Origin: Pristiophorus japonicus
Taxonomy: Eukaryota
Direction of reading: 5' to 3'
DNA length: 64,000 bases
NCBI RefSeq assembly: GCF_044704955.1
Contig: NC_091978.1
Location: 235,538,001-235,602,000 of the forward strand
Under the pieces are notes generated by a model. That model saw only the letters and a program-made list of their open reading frames with translations. It did not search any database and was not told where the DNA came from. Shown in pieces: positions 37,146 to 49,654 of this stretch (position 1 is the stretch's first letter; each line of letters opens with the position of its first letter). The translations under genes and the position numbers were made by a program.

Positions 37146-38497
37146 GGGCCCAAGTTTCCACACGCGCCTAGAACGGCGCAGTCCCGACCTGGACGCCCGT
37201 TTTTCGCGCCACAAAGTGCGCCTAAAAAAATCCTCGGTATTCTCCACCTACCTGCAGGTCCTCTGGCCCTTGGCGCAGCCAGCACGAGCTGTGGGGGGGG
37301 CGGAGTCAGGTCCCTGCGCTGAAAACAGTGCCGGGACCTCTGCACATGCGCGCTACAGTGGGCACGCAAATGCAGTAGCTCCAGGCGCCGAACTGTGTGG
37401 GAGGGGCCCGAAGCATGCAGCCCCTAGCCCTGGCTGAATGGCCTCACTGGGCTGCATGAATAAGGCTCCTCCTACGGCCAGCTCCTGCTCCCCCCCCGGC
37501 CCGACTCGACTCCCACTCCCCGCCCCCCGCCTCTGCCTCCGGACCAGACCCGACACCCGCTCCCTGCCCCCCCCTGCCTCCGGACCAGACCCGACACCTG
37601 CGCCCCTCCCCCCCGACTGACCCGACCCTACCCGCGCTCCTGTTCCCGCTCCCCGCCTCCCCGACTGGACCCGACCCGACCCGCGCTCCTGTTTCCGCTC
37701 CCCGACTGGACCCGACCCGCCCCGCACTCCTGTTCCCGCTCCCCGCCCCCCCGACTGGACCCAACCCGACCCGCGCTCCCGCTCCCGGACTGGATCCGAC
37801 CTGACCTCCCTCCCTCCCTCCCTCTCTCTCTCTCACTCCCTCTCTCTCCCTCTCTCCCCCTCTCTCCCCCTCTCCCCCTCTCCCCCTCTCTCCCTCTCTC
37901 CCCCCTGACCTGACCCGAACCTCCCCGACCCAACCCAACCCAACGCCACCTACCTGTAAATCTGGTGCTGGGGACGGGCCCTGCCCGAAGTCTCGGGCCG
38001 GCCCCAGCCTTCGGTCCCGAAAGGCCTGCCTGAAGCACTTTCACACAGGTAGGAAGATGGTTTATTTAATCTTTTCTTTGCTTATAAATGTTTATTCAGG
38101 TTGGATTTATTTGTATAATACTTGTATAAGTATAAATAAGGATTTATTATAGAATTTAATGACTTCCCTTCCCTCCCCACCTCGTTCTGGACGCCTAATT
38201 TGTAATCTGCGCCTGATTTTTTAATGTGTAGAACAGGTTTTTTCAGTTCTACAAAAATCTTCACTTGCTCCATTCTACTTTAGTTTGGAGTACGTTTTCA
38301 CTGTGGAAACTTTCAAATCAAGCGTCAATGGCCGGACACGCCCCCTTTTGAAGAAAAAATTCTGTTCCAAAGTAGAACTGTTCTACCTGACTAGAACTGC
38401 AGAAAAAAAAATGTGGAGAATTGCGATTTCTAAGATAGTCCGTTCTCCACCAGTTGCTCCTAAAAATCAGGCGCAAACCATGTGGAAACTTGGGCCC
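37146..38497. mobile_element. Young Harbinger-type MITE M4 nested in M3
   Basis: Perfect 17-bp TIRs GGGCCCAAGTTTCCACA and TGTGGAAACTTGGGCCC; perfect ATT TSD. Confidence 0.95.
37480..37945. repeat. C-rich minisatellite plus CT-rich tract inside M4
   Basis: Repeated CCCCGACTGGACCCGACCCGACCCGCGCTCCTGTTCCCGCT units followed by (CTCTCCCC)n. Confidence 0.9.
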
Positions 38498-40340
38498 ATT
38501 GTGACACGTCAGCACGACACGTTAGGTCATTAGCGCGGCGCTGATGAGTGATCGGAGTGGCCGAGCCGCTGCAAGGGCACTTCTGTCCCTTTGCCGCGAC
38601 TACATCTGCCCCGAGCAAAACAAAACGTCCAAGTGCACCTCCGCCGCAACCCATGTCAGGTGAGCCCAGTTTCGGGCGGAGGTAAATTTCTACCCCTTCA
38701 TTTAATTCAATTTCAATTCATTTTAAATATGTGAGGTGTTTTTTTTAATATATGTTTTGTGTTTCTGTGTTTTTGAGGGTATTCTCATTGATAGTAATGG
38801 GAGCTTGTACAAATGGCAAGCACCATTATTATCAATGAGAATATTCCATGTTCATTGGTGGTCCAGAAACACGTGATCCCAGGTATGCTCCTGGGATGCA
38901 TGGGCCTCTGCACTGGGCTGCATATCTAGGCCTTGGAGCCGAAGTGCTAGGTCCTCCGGGACCACCAGGTACTTTTGTTAAAAAAAAATTTGGTCGGAGG
39001 CATTTGTCTCCAACCGCAATTTCTAGCCCCCGATATAAATGCAAGTTGTTGTCCTTTATTAAACAAAATCTGTAAGATTCATAAATGGCCCAGCAGTTAT
39101 GAAATTGTTTAACAACAGATATCTGGTATTACATATGCCAACGTTTTATTTATTAACATCTTGTACCTTCACCTCCCACCTGGTAGCTGACCAAATGGAC
39201 ACCCTGGCCAGCGGGTGACAGGGAACACTAGTGGCAGGAGGCCGCAGCCAGGGACACAAGTAAATGGTCCCCAGAAATGGGGAGGGGTTTGGAAGCTCCG
39301 GTCAGCAATTGGTTGTTCTGGGAGAGTGGAGAGGCTGAAGATTGGAGCTGGGGCAGGCCAAAGGTTACTTGAGGGGCCTATGGGGAGTATTCTTGCTTCT
39401 CCTAGTTCACAAGGAGTGCTGACGGAGCAACTTACCTCGAACCCCCGGAAACCAGTGCAGCAGCAGTTAATTGCACTGCAGGAGCCCAATTTAAATACGT
39501 TATAAAGCGTCCAACCTCTCCATGGTAGCAGTGAAAATGGCAGAGGGTGCGGTGTGTTGGGATCGAATTACACGGATTCCGCCTGTCTTGGGGAGGTTAA
39601 TATCGAAGCCTCTGTTTTAATTTACTTGGTGAGCAATATTTTCTTTTGCATGTGTTCGCTTGCCTTACTTTAATATTTGCAATCTTTTTCCCCTTTCTTT
39701 CAGTACACCTGTATCTCAAATCATTCCTTTACCGTGAGGGTGGATAGGCTGTTTTGTAATCAGTGCTGTTTTCCAGGTGTGCAAGAGAGTTCCTGGTTGA
39801 CATTCCTTTCTTTCCTCTTTCCTTGTGTGACAGCATCTTGACTTAATTATTTCGCTCTTTTACTTTCCAGTGATGGACAGGTCAAGATTAAGAAATCAGT
39901 AGGTGGGAACCCAGGATTACAAATCTCTGTGTTCCATGGAATGGCACCTTGGAAGGGATTTGAGTTTATTTTTTGCTATTCGGAGTTGAATGCAGAAGTT
40001 TGATCAGACAGTGGGTTGGATTTTGGGCTTTTTGGATTTCAGGACATTAATTGCGTGGGCCGTTAAAATTAGCACCTGAAAATAGTTTGTGGCTTCGACT
40101 GCAAGTTTCACCGAAAAAGAACGTTGGAGGAGCGTTGGCGTTAAGTCAGGCGTTACACAATGGATTTTGTGCACCCGAGCCAAAACTTGCGGCATTAAAG
40201 GAGACAGTCATTTTGTGCATGCGCAGTTTATTTATTTATTTATTTGGATTTTTCCTCGGTCGCAAACGCTAATGCAAGGCACAGCAGCTTCCTGCACACA
40301 TGCACATATAAACCGCCCCACATCAGCCACTTCTGCAGAG

Positions 40341-42360
40341 ATGGAGGAGCAGTAGGGAAGGCAGCATGTCAGGCGCTTCAGCAATGAGGCGAGTGAGGCC
40401 TTAGTCAATGCAGTGGAGAGGAGATGGTCCTCATTCCAGCTTGCTTGGGGAGCCAGACCACTCCCACCTATTTTTAAGAGACTGTGGAGGGACATTGTAC
40501 AGGAGGTGTCTGCTGCAGACACTGTGCCCAGAACTGCCACACAGTGTCAAAAAAAGTCCAACAACCTTACCAGAGTCGTCAGCGAGAGTACCATTTGCAT
40601 TTATGTATGGCTCCATGACTTCTAACATAAATCTCACACACTGTGAAGTTTTTCATGCCAATGGTCCCTCTCAATAGTCTGGGGTGGGTTTCACAATGCA
40701 TAAGAAAGATGAAGGCTTACTTCTACACCCATTGGCTTCTGATGATAGAAACATAGAAACATGATCCATGCACATAAACTCAATCATTTACATTCTTCCT
40801 CGCAATACACTCCCATTGCTGTTATGCCTTTCAGAAAGATCACCTACAGCCCCCATGTTAGATCCCACTAACCTCCTAACAATTCCTCATGAAGCACATG
40901 CAACATCCAAACTAGAACATTCACACAGTATCACCAATTGTACTATGGTAGGCATATGTACCACAACAGCAGAGAAACACTTACTGAACCCTTCCTATTT
41001 TTCTCTTTGCAGACGAAGCACTCCCACAACAGGAGGGAGCAGCTGTGCACAGGCGGAGGGCCACCCTAATTATTGCCACTCACAGATGTCGAGGAATGGG
41101 TGTCGGCCCTCATAAGTATACCAGCTCGGGCAGTTGCCGGGGACGATGCTGAGCCCCCTTCGGGTACTGAGGGTATGTAAAAGGATAGAGTGACTGAAGA
41201 GACTGCATTGAGACATATGATGAAGCGGCAGCGGGCCTTCAAATGAACATGTGCAATGCCACCTTCCTCCTATCACCCTGCCCCCTTCCCTGCTGCTAAC
41301 CACATGTCTGTTGTTTTCTGCTTGCAGATGACCAGCCACAATCGCAACATCCTTCAATGGAGCCACCTACATCTGACCATGAGGGAGACAATGAGGGACA
41401 GGAAGAGAGTGTTCTGCCTGAGCCTCAGAGCCCACCGATTTCCCCATCTGGCCTCACTACATCTGGGGCAACGTCGATTTCCCGGGGTTTGAGGAGTTAG
41501 AGATCCTGGCCCCAGTCTCCGACAGCAATGCAATGCAAGAGGGGAATCTCGCAGGCTAGCTCTCCTGGGGGTGAGTCGGCAAAGTTGGTCTGCTCAGCGA
41601 CAGACAGATATGGAACTGGACTTGGTGGAAATGTCCAGGGAAAACACAGGAATGCACTGTGAGCTTATGGATGCATTGGGATGGATTCCTGAGAGCATCG
41701 ACAAGCTTAGTGCAACTGTTGCGGAGGCAATGTTATAGATTGTCAGTATGACTCGGGAGTCCAGCGAGGCCATCATTCCCCACACACAGAGGCTGGTGAC
41801 TTCGAGCAGCAACAGTAGCGTTCCACAGTGTGTGTCGTGTGCCCTTGATCACATCGCAGCCTCGGCGCATTGCAGGCACAAGCTACGCTTCAGCTTGGTA
41901 ATGTGGTCAGTTTCCGCTGCCATACTCTCTGCATTCTCCATTGTCCAGGGACAGTGCTGAAGCAGACCAGTAAGTTGTGGAGACACATTGTACTCTGGAT
42001 GCTGAGGCCCAGTCCCGTCGGAGAGTCAGTGGCTCCCAGGAAATGGAAGGTGCTGTCCTTCCTCAGGATGATAGCATTCCGGCTCCCTCCACTGACTCGC
42101 CAACCATGCACCATAAATAGTTGACAACCCAGCCACCAGTGATTGCTCCTGCTGATGATGAGGCACAGCAGTCTGCAGTCAGGCCTTCCAGGCCAAGAGC
42201 TGGTCCAGGGCATCCTCAGACGGCATCTGCATTGTCTGGCCCCCTAACACAGCAGCCCTCAAGCAGCCTTGCTGTAGGCACTGAGGCCTCATTGAGAAGG
42301 AGTAGCAGGCGCGGGAGGGTGTTGGGAGGGGCGGGTACAAGTGTGGCTAAGAGCCATTAA
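40341..42360 (+). pseudogene. H5 Myb/SANT-like gene, three exons
   Basis: RRFSNEASEALVNAVERRW..LWRDIVQEVSA..PRTATQCQKKSNNLTRVV; acceptors at about 41012 and 41327; C-terminus QQPSSSLAVGTEASLRRS. Confidence 0.85.
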
Positions 42361-42436
42361 GGGCTGGTACGTTTGTGCTTATGGATGTATATTATAAATA
42401 GTTGTGTGATAACAATTGACTAATTTTGAATTGTCT

Positions 42437-42585
42437 TGCTGGAGGAAGCAGTTGACTGTTTATTAACGTTTTGTTGACTGCATGAAACAGTTTTGTCTTT
42501 ATTTATGTTTTGTTGACTGGAGGATGCAGATTAGTGTTTATTTACATTTTGTTCACTGCAGGAAGCAGTTTTGTGTTTATTTACT
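42437..42585 (+). repeat. About 40-bp T-rich tandem repeat (about 4 copies) in the H5 intergenic 3'UTR
   Basis: Recurrent ACTG(G/C)AGGAAGCAGTTTTGTGTTTATTTA..TTTTGTTG. Confidence 0.75.
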
Positions 42586-42809
42586 CTTACTTTAACCATT
42601 GTATCATTTTGGGTTTTTGCGGGGCGAACATTGTTAATTATTCATCTTTATAAAAATGTTTGTTTGACCTTTGCCATTGATGCCTTGTGTCTCATTGCAG
42701 AATTCAGTGCAGATTAGCCATCATGGTGGCATAGAGTAGTGAGTCAACGCTGCAAACCCACCTTCCTCATTCAAGAAAATGATGAGTTGCCAATATAAGG
42801 CTCTTGCTA

Positions 42810-43269
42810 CGGCCATATCTCCTCGCTGACCTGCATTGGCTCCAGGTTAATGCCTCGATTTCAAAATTCTCATCCTTGTTTACAAATCCATCCATGGCCT
42901 CGCCTCTCCCTATCTCTGTAATCTCTTTCAGCCTCACAACCCCACGAGATGTCTGCGTTTATCAAATTCTGCCTCTTGAGCGTCCCTGATTATAACTGCT
43001 CAACCATCGGTGACCGTGCCTTCAGCTGCTTGGGCCCTAAGCTCAGGAACTCCCTCCCTAAACCTCTCCGCTTCTCTACCTCTCTTTCCTCTTTTAAGAC
43101 GCTCGTTAAAATTTACCTCTTTAACCAAGCTTTCTGTCATCTACCGTGATTTCTTCTTATGTGGCTCGGTGTCAAATTTATTTGTTTTTATCTTATAACA
43201 CTGTTGTGAAGCGCCTTGGGACGTTTTACTACGTTAAAGGTGCTATATAAATAAAAGTTGTTGTTGTTG
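42810..43269 (+). mobile_element. L2 LINE 3' end nested in H5
   Basis: LADLHWL..; STIGDRAFSCLGPKLRNSLP; (TTG)n tail. Confidence 0.9.
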
Positions 43270-44351
43270 CCTCCCCTGTGGTTGATGTGGCACCGCAATG
43301 GGTTCCTCACCAGGCTCCTCTTCCTCGTCCTCCTCCTCCTGAGGTGGTCCTGCAATTCCCACTGGCAATGCATGGCCCCTCTTGATGGCTAAGTTGTGTA
43401 GTATGCAACATCTGACAAGGAATTCGGAGACATGTTGAGGGGAGTATTGCAGGCTGCCTCCAGAGCGGTCCAGGCATTGGAAGTGCGGCTTGAGCATGCC
43501 AATTGTCTGTTCGATTATGTTGTGGGTGGCTGCATGGCTGTCATTGTAGTGCTGTTCAGCTTCTGTGGCAAGGTTCCGGAGGGGGGGTCATGAGCCAGGT
43601 GACCAGGTCATATCCTTTGTCCCCGTTCAGCCAGCCATGGCCTTGTCTTTGTCACTGAAACATTTGTGAGACACTGCTTTCACGCAAGATGCAAGCATCA
43701 TGTGTGCTCCCTGGATAGCAGGCATTCACTGTGAGGATGAGCTGCATGTGGTCGCAGACCAGCTGTACGTTTAGGGAGTGGTATCCCTTTTGGTTACTGA
43801 AGACCTCTGATTTGTGTAATGGTGCTCTCAAGGTGATGTGTGTGCAGCCAATGGCTCCTTGAACCTTGGGGAAGCCTGCAAATCGTCCAAACCCTAGAGC
43901 CCTCTGACTCCGGTGTCCTTGTTCATTGGGAACTTTATGAAGTCCATTCTGCATGCGCATAATGCCCTTGTAACCTGGCGAATGCAGCCAGTGTGCTGAG
44001 AGATGTTGCATATGTCCCCTACTGTTGCCTAGAAGGAGCTGGAGGTAAAGAAGGCCATCGCCACAGTCACTTTCATCTCGACGGGCAGCACAATCCTGTT
44101 GGCACTGGTCAGCTGTAGGTATGCCTGTAGGAGCTGGCATATCTGTCAGCATTTCTTTTCGGAAGTGCAGCCTTCTCATGCCCTGCGCCTCAGAGATGTG
44201 GAGATACAAGCGATATTTCCTGTAAACCTGTTGGCCATGTGGGGGGGTAAGGCCTCCTCCCCATACATCTGTGATCTCTTCGAATCCGTGGCCCAACATG
44301 GCCAAGAACCCTTCCAGCTTGAAACCGCCGACTAACTAATATTGCCCCCAT
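43270..44351 (-). pseudogene. H5 HARBI1-like DDE transposase
   Basis: GFPKVQGAIGCTHI (catalytic D changed to G), KGYHSLNVQLVCDH, YPGSTHD, GDKGY, IEQTIGMLKPHFQCLDRSGGSLQYSP, acidic tail. Confidence 0.92.
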
Positions 44352-44904
44352 TGAAATCTCTTACTGACCTTGTAAGCAAAGTGTCACAGCACATAAAAGT
44401 ACTGTTTGCAACTCGGGGCCTCACGCAGCGTTTTGCGTGCAACCATAGCAGTCACTGACAACTGCGATATAAGATCCTCTAGCCTCCATTTAAATATGTC
44501 GCCAGGGGATCAAATTAGATGACATTTTTTACAACTGAAAACTTAACTTGAATTTTGCCTTGTGGATACCACGCATTAGCACTGTGATGAGGGCTTCTGT
44601 TCTTACAGGGTCTCAATTTTATCACAGCTTCCCCTACCTTAGGTGGACAGCTACATGGAAAACTCCTGCACATATTACTGAGGAAATCTGTCTCCCACTA
44701 ATTTCACTCTTCATGAAAAATATGGAAGAGCCCTTAACCCAGATCCAAACATTAATCCACAGGTCAGAATCAAACATTCAGCACAGTTTCCCTGCTGAAG
44801 CAGAACTTACAAAGATAGTTTTCTTCGGATGTTTGCAGGTAGGTGTGCCTGGATTAATACACATAGCTGTGTGGGTAGGCAAGTTAATTTGAAACAAAAA
44901 AAGT

Positions 44905-45080
44905 AGGGTAGCCCATTAGTTATGGCTCTGGACAATCAGAGGTGATGAGTTGAAATCCCACCATGGGAAGTTGAAGAAATTGAATTCAATAAATCTGGTA
45001 ATTTGTGGGTTTATACTAGATAAAATGACCTTCAAAACTGCTGTCCTTCAGGAAAGGGACCTACCACCCCTACTTAGGTT
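44905..45080 (+). mobile_element. Possible decayed tRNA-derived SINE fragment
   Basis: B-box-like GAGTTGAAATCCC followed by ACCATGG..GAATTCAATAAATCTGG; recognised by pattern only. Confidence 0.3.
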
Positions 45081-45397
45081 TCAATATTGATTCTTTTACA
45101 AAGAAAATCATAATATAAAAAAGATACAAGAATGGATATTAAAAGTCCAAGGGGTGGAAATTCGGTCTGGCCTCTGTTGCAGCGTTAATCAAATCGGAGC
45201 AGTAATTTTAATGCCTTGACAAAGTTTGTGCCTACCTCCGAGAAATTTGTCGTAATCGGACAAAGAGCTGATGGGAGTGCTAAATGAGCCGTTACACACC
45301 TAAACTGGGGGGGCGCTAATAAAAATGCTGCCGCTAAATTTTGCCGAACCATAGCATATGCGCAACTCCACCTCCTCACTGACCTTAGAGCAGGAAA

Positions 45398-48300
45398 ATG
45401 GAGGGGCAGGAAGGGAGGCAGAGAGTGCACCACTTCTTGGTTACGGCCCTTGGGGCCTTGTTTGAGGCTGTAGAGAGGCACAACAATGCCCTACATCCTG
45501 GAGGGGGACGAAGGCCATTGCCAAGGGTGTTCAGGAGGTTGTGGAGGGAGGTGGACCAGCAATTTTCTGTCCACGACATGGTGGTCAGGACAGCGACATA
45601 ATGTTGCAAAAAATATCATGACCTCACTAGAGTCATCAGGGTGAGTAGCCCTTACATTAACCTTGCAATGCGTTCATGTGAGCCTCACTATCTTGCACAA
45701 TTTAAAGGTGTTACATTGCCCACCTCTTCTCTACGTGTACCAGGTTATGTACCTCATTGCTGTAGACACCCTCAAAGCTCGCTAACATCTCACCAGACGT
45801 GCCCCGCCCATATAAGTGTCTCTCACCTTCTAGCTCCCGACTCAGCCCGAGGACAGCCACCAATACCTTTTAACTCTCCATATGCGGTCACAGGCCTTCA
45901 GCCTCATACTTACTTGTAGCTCTTTGTCCCCAAATCCTACCTTTGACACATCCAATTCACACCTCATGACATTAGCATCAAGTCACTTACTACAGACACA
46001 TGTGACACACGAGTAGCTATAGATCCAGTGACAACTTTTTGCTTTGGTCATTGCAGGCCAAACTCGCCCACAACACGTGAGAGCAGGAGCGGATGAGAGG
46101 ACAGGAGCCAGATCTCCAAGACCTTATTGCTATTGAGGAGCAAGTGTCCGCCCTCATGGATGCTCAAATTGGGGTGGTGACGGCCGGCGAGGCAGAAGCC
46201 CCGCTCGACAGTGACGGTTTGCTAATGAGATGTCCATTTTCTATAAGAGTCCTGACCCTTGTGCCCACATGCTTTACAACGTGTAGCTCCAAATTAACAT
46301 TTCCCCCTCCTTCCTGCCTTCCTCCCCACTCCCCAACTGCTACCCACACTTGTGTTGGTTGTGCTTACAGATGATGCGCCAGATGAGCCATCATCAAATG
46401 AAGGGGAGGACGAGGAGGCCATGGAGATGTGTGTAGTCTCAGAGCGGGACCCGTCCTCAGTGCCAGCGAGTGGGGAGACCAGCTCGGTGGAGGAGCCGAC
46501 GTTCCTGGGGTTCCCAGATTCTGACGTTCCTGGCCCCAGTGGCCTGCAGCAACGTGCAGCACAAGAGGAAGCTCGGGGGCCAGCTCTCTGGAGTGTAAGT
46601 CAGCCCAGGAGTCCTGCTCAGAGTCAGGCAGATGAGGACCTGGATTGGGAGGCTATGTCCAGGGAGTCCATGCCGATGCACCGTGAAATGATGGGTGCCT
46701 TGGTGAAGGTGCCACAGAGTGTGGATGCACTTGCAGTGAGAGTGGCAGATGTTGCCTCGGGCATTGCCCAAACCTCTCAGCAGTCCACTGAGCTCATTCG
46801 TGCCTGGCTAAACTGGGCTCAATGAGTGACAGCGGGGTTACATAGGTGATAGTGCCATGGTTGATGTGGCAGCAGCCAGGCCACGCAAGGGCTTCTATAG
46901 ATATGTGAAGAGAAAAAGATTAGTGAAGACAAACGTAGGTCCCTTGCAGTCGGATTCAGATGAATTTATAGTGGAGAACAAAGAAATGGCAGACCAATTG
47001 AACAAATACTTCGGTTCTGTCTTCATGAAGGAAGACACAAATAACCTTCCGGAAGTATTAGGGGACTGAGGGTCGAGTGAGGAGGAACTGAAGGATATCC
47101 TTATTAGGCAGGAAATTGTGTTAGGGAAATTGATGGGATTGAAGGCTGATAAATCCCCGGGGCCTGATAGTCTGCATCCCAGAGTACTTAAGGAAGTGGC
47201 CCTCGAAATAGTGGATGCATTGGTGATCATTTTCCAACAGTCTATCGACTCTGGATCAGTTCTTATGGACTGGAGGGTAGCTAATGTAACACCACTTTTT
47301 AAAAATGGAGGGAGAGAGAAAGTGGGTAATTATAGACCGGTTAGCCTGACATCAGTAGTGGGGAAAATGTTGGAATCAATTATTAAGGATGAAATAGCAG
47401 CGCATTTGGAAAGCAGTGACAGGATCAGTCCAAGTCACCATGGATTTATGAAAGTGAAATCATGCTTGACAAATCTTCTGTAATTTTTTGAGGATGTAAC
47501 TAGTAGAATTGACAAGGGAGAACCAGTGGATGTGGTGTATTTGGACTTTCAAAAGGCTTTTGACAAGGTCCCACACAAGAGATTGGTGTGCAAAATCAAA
47601 GCACATGGTATTGGGGGTAATATACTGATGTGGATCGAGAACTGGTTGGCAGACAGAAAGTAGAGAGTCGGGATAAACGGGTCCTTTTCAGAATGGCAGG
47701 CAGTGACTAGTGGAGTGCTGCAGGGCTCAGTGCTGGGACCCCAGCTCTTTACAATGTACATCAATGATTTGGATGAAGGAATTGAGTGTAATATCTCCAA
47801 GTTTGCAGATGACACTAAACTGGGTGGCGGTGTGAGCTGTGAGGGGGACGCTATGAGGCTGCCGGGTGACTTGGACAGGTTAGGTGAGTGGGCAAATGCA
47901 TGGTAGATGAAGTATACCGTGGATAACTGTGAGGTTATCCACTTTGGGGGCAAAAACGCGAAGACAGAATATTATCTGAATGGCGGCAGATTAGGAAAAG
48001 GGGAGGTGCAATGAGACCTGGGTGTCATGGTTGATCAGTCATTGAAAGTTGGCATACAGGTACAGCAGGCGGTGAAGAAGGCAAATGGTATGTTGGCCTT
48101 CATAGCTAGGGAATTTGAGTATAGGAGCAGGGAGGTCTTACTGCAGTTGTACAGGGCCTTGGTGAGGCTTTACCTGGAATATTGTGTTCAGTTTTGGTCT
48201 CCTAATCTGAGGAAAGACATTCTTGCTATTGAGGGAGTGCAGCGAAGGTTCACCAGACTGATTCCCGGGATGGCTGGACTGACATATGAGGAGAGACTGG

Positions 48301-49235
48301 ATCAACTGGGCCTTTATACATTGGAGTTTAGAAGGATGAGAGGGAATCTCATAGAAACATATAAGATTCTGACGGGATGGGACAGGTTAGATGCGGGTAG
48401 AATGTTCCCGATATTGGAGAAGTTCAGAATCAGGGGACACAGTCTTAGGATAAGGGGTCGGCCATTTAGAACTGAGATGAGGAGAAACTTCTTCACTCAG
48501 AGAGTTGTTAACCTGTGGAATTCCCTGCCGCAGAAAGTTGTTGATGCCAGTTCATTGGATATATTCAAGAGGGAGTTAGATATGGCCCTTATGGCTAAGG
48601 GGATCAAGGGGTATGGAGAGAAAGCAGGAAAGGGGTACTGAGGGAATGATCAGCCATGATCTTATTGAATGGTGGTGCAGGCTCGAAGGGCCGAAGGGAT
48701 TACTCCTGCACCTATTTTCTATGTTTCTATATTTCTATGTGATGTCATGCAGACTCTGGTTGTTGGCATGCAACCTCAGACTGCAGCGTTTCAAGCGCAG
48801 GCTGCGCTTATGAAGTCTCAGAGTGATGCCATGCAAGCTGTATCTTCCGCTATCCTTTCTGTTATCTCCACAGTCAAACAGGGAACAGATGGTGCTGCAG
48901 CAGGTCAACAATTTGTGGTTGCACATATTGCTCCTGATGCTCTGGCACTGCTCCGGAGGAGTGGAAATGTGCCGCTGGAAATGGAAGGTGCTGTCCTTTC
49001 TCACGATGACAGTATTCTGGCTCACACCACTGCCAGTCCACCTCTGCACCCGCCATGGCCATCCAACACTGCTGCCGCTTATCCTAAGGCATTGCAGTCA
49101 GCAGTCGGGCCTTCCACGCCCACAGCTGGTCCAGGACGTCAGCATAGGCCATCTGCCTTGATTCCCTCAAATACACGGCAGGCCTCAAGCGGTCTTGCTG
49201 CAGGCACTGAGGCCACATTGAGGAGAGGTGTGTAA
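45398..49235 (+). pseudogene. H6 Myb/SANT-like gene, three exons, exon 3 split by CR1
   Basis: ALFEAVERH..LWREVDQQ..VRTAT*CCKKYHDLTRVIR|GTGAGT; TTGCAG|AKLAHN; CTTACAG|DDAPDEP..; ends EMEGAVLSHDDSIL..AAGTEATLRRGV*. Confidence 0.87.
46891..48739 (+). mobile_element. CR1 subfamily A, 5'-truncated, several stops
   Basis: FYRYVKRKRLVKTNVGPL through GYGEKAGKGY; (TTTCTATG)-type tail. Confidence 0.96.
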
Positions 49236-49486
49236 AGTAGACATGGGAGGGGGGTGAGGCAGAGGGGTGTGTAATGCCAGTGCAAGACACACTGAGCAAA
49301 TATCTCCCCATGGGACCTCTGTAGATATGTTATGAAATTTCATCATCTTTTGTGTTCTTTGAAGGGTTGGGTGCTCCATTTTGTTTTATTTGAGAGTCTG
49401 GCACCTTTGTCGATATGTAATGAAATATCATCATCTTTTGTGTTCTTTGAAGGGGCGGGTGCTCCATTTTGTTTTATTTGCTGGTG

Positions 49487-49654
49487 TGAGATGTATAGAG
49501 CTCCACCTAGTGGACTACTGCTCCACCTGTTGGACTACTGTGGTAATATAATTGCTGTTGTAAATACAATAAAAGCATGACGTGACAAGGTCACCTGACA
49601 AGTTCTTGCAGAGCTATCTTGGTGTGTTTGTGATGTCATAGAGAAGATATCACA
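49487..49654 (+). repeat. G2 5' LTR
   Basis: Direct repeat of 54556-54727; followed by a degenerate PBS TTGGCAATG. Confidence 0.88.

Larger units (their letters stand above)
36571..38696. mobile_element. Harbinger-type MITE M3 nested in M1
   Basis: TTA|GGGGCCGAAATT...AATTTCTACCCC|TTC. Confidence 0.75.
35463..39030. mobile_element. Harbinger-type MITE M1 (outer element of a four-element nest)
   Basis: TIRs GGGCCGTAAATTGCGG and CCGCAATTTCTAGCCC; internal blocks homologous to M2. Confidence 0.75.
40013..44560. mobile_element. Harbinger element H5 (right end decayed)
   Basis: Left TIR-like GGGTTGGATTTT; convergent Myb and transposase genes; L2 nested. Confidence 0.8.

Noticed and set aside
37353-38044. 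Several G/R-rich ORFs of 120-165 aa
   Set aside because: Products of a stop-poor C-rich minisatellite within MITE M4.
43270-44351. Domesticated host HARBI1 (and NAIF1/MSANTD for the Myb genes)
   Set aside because: All copies have stops, frameshifts, mutated catalytic residues or nested TEs, and most sit between TIR-like ends.
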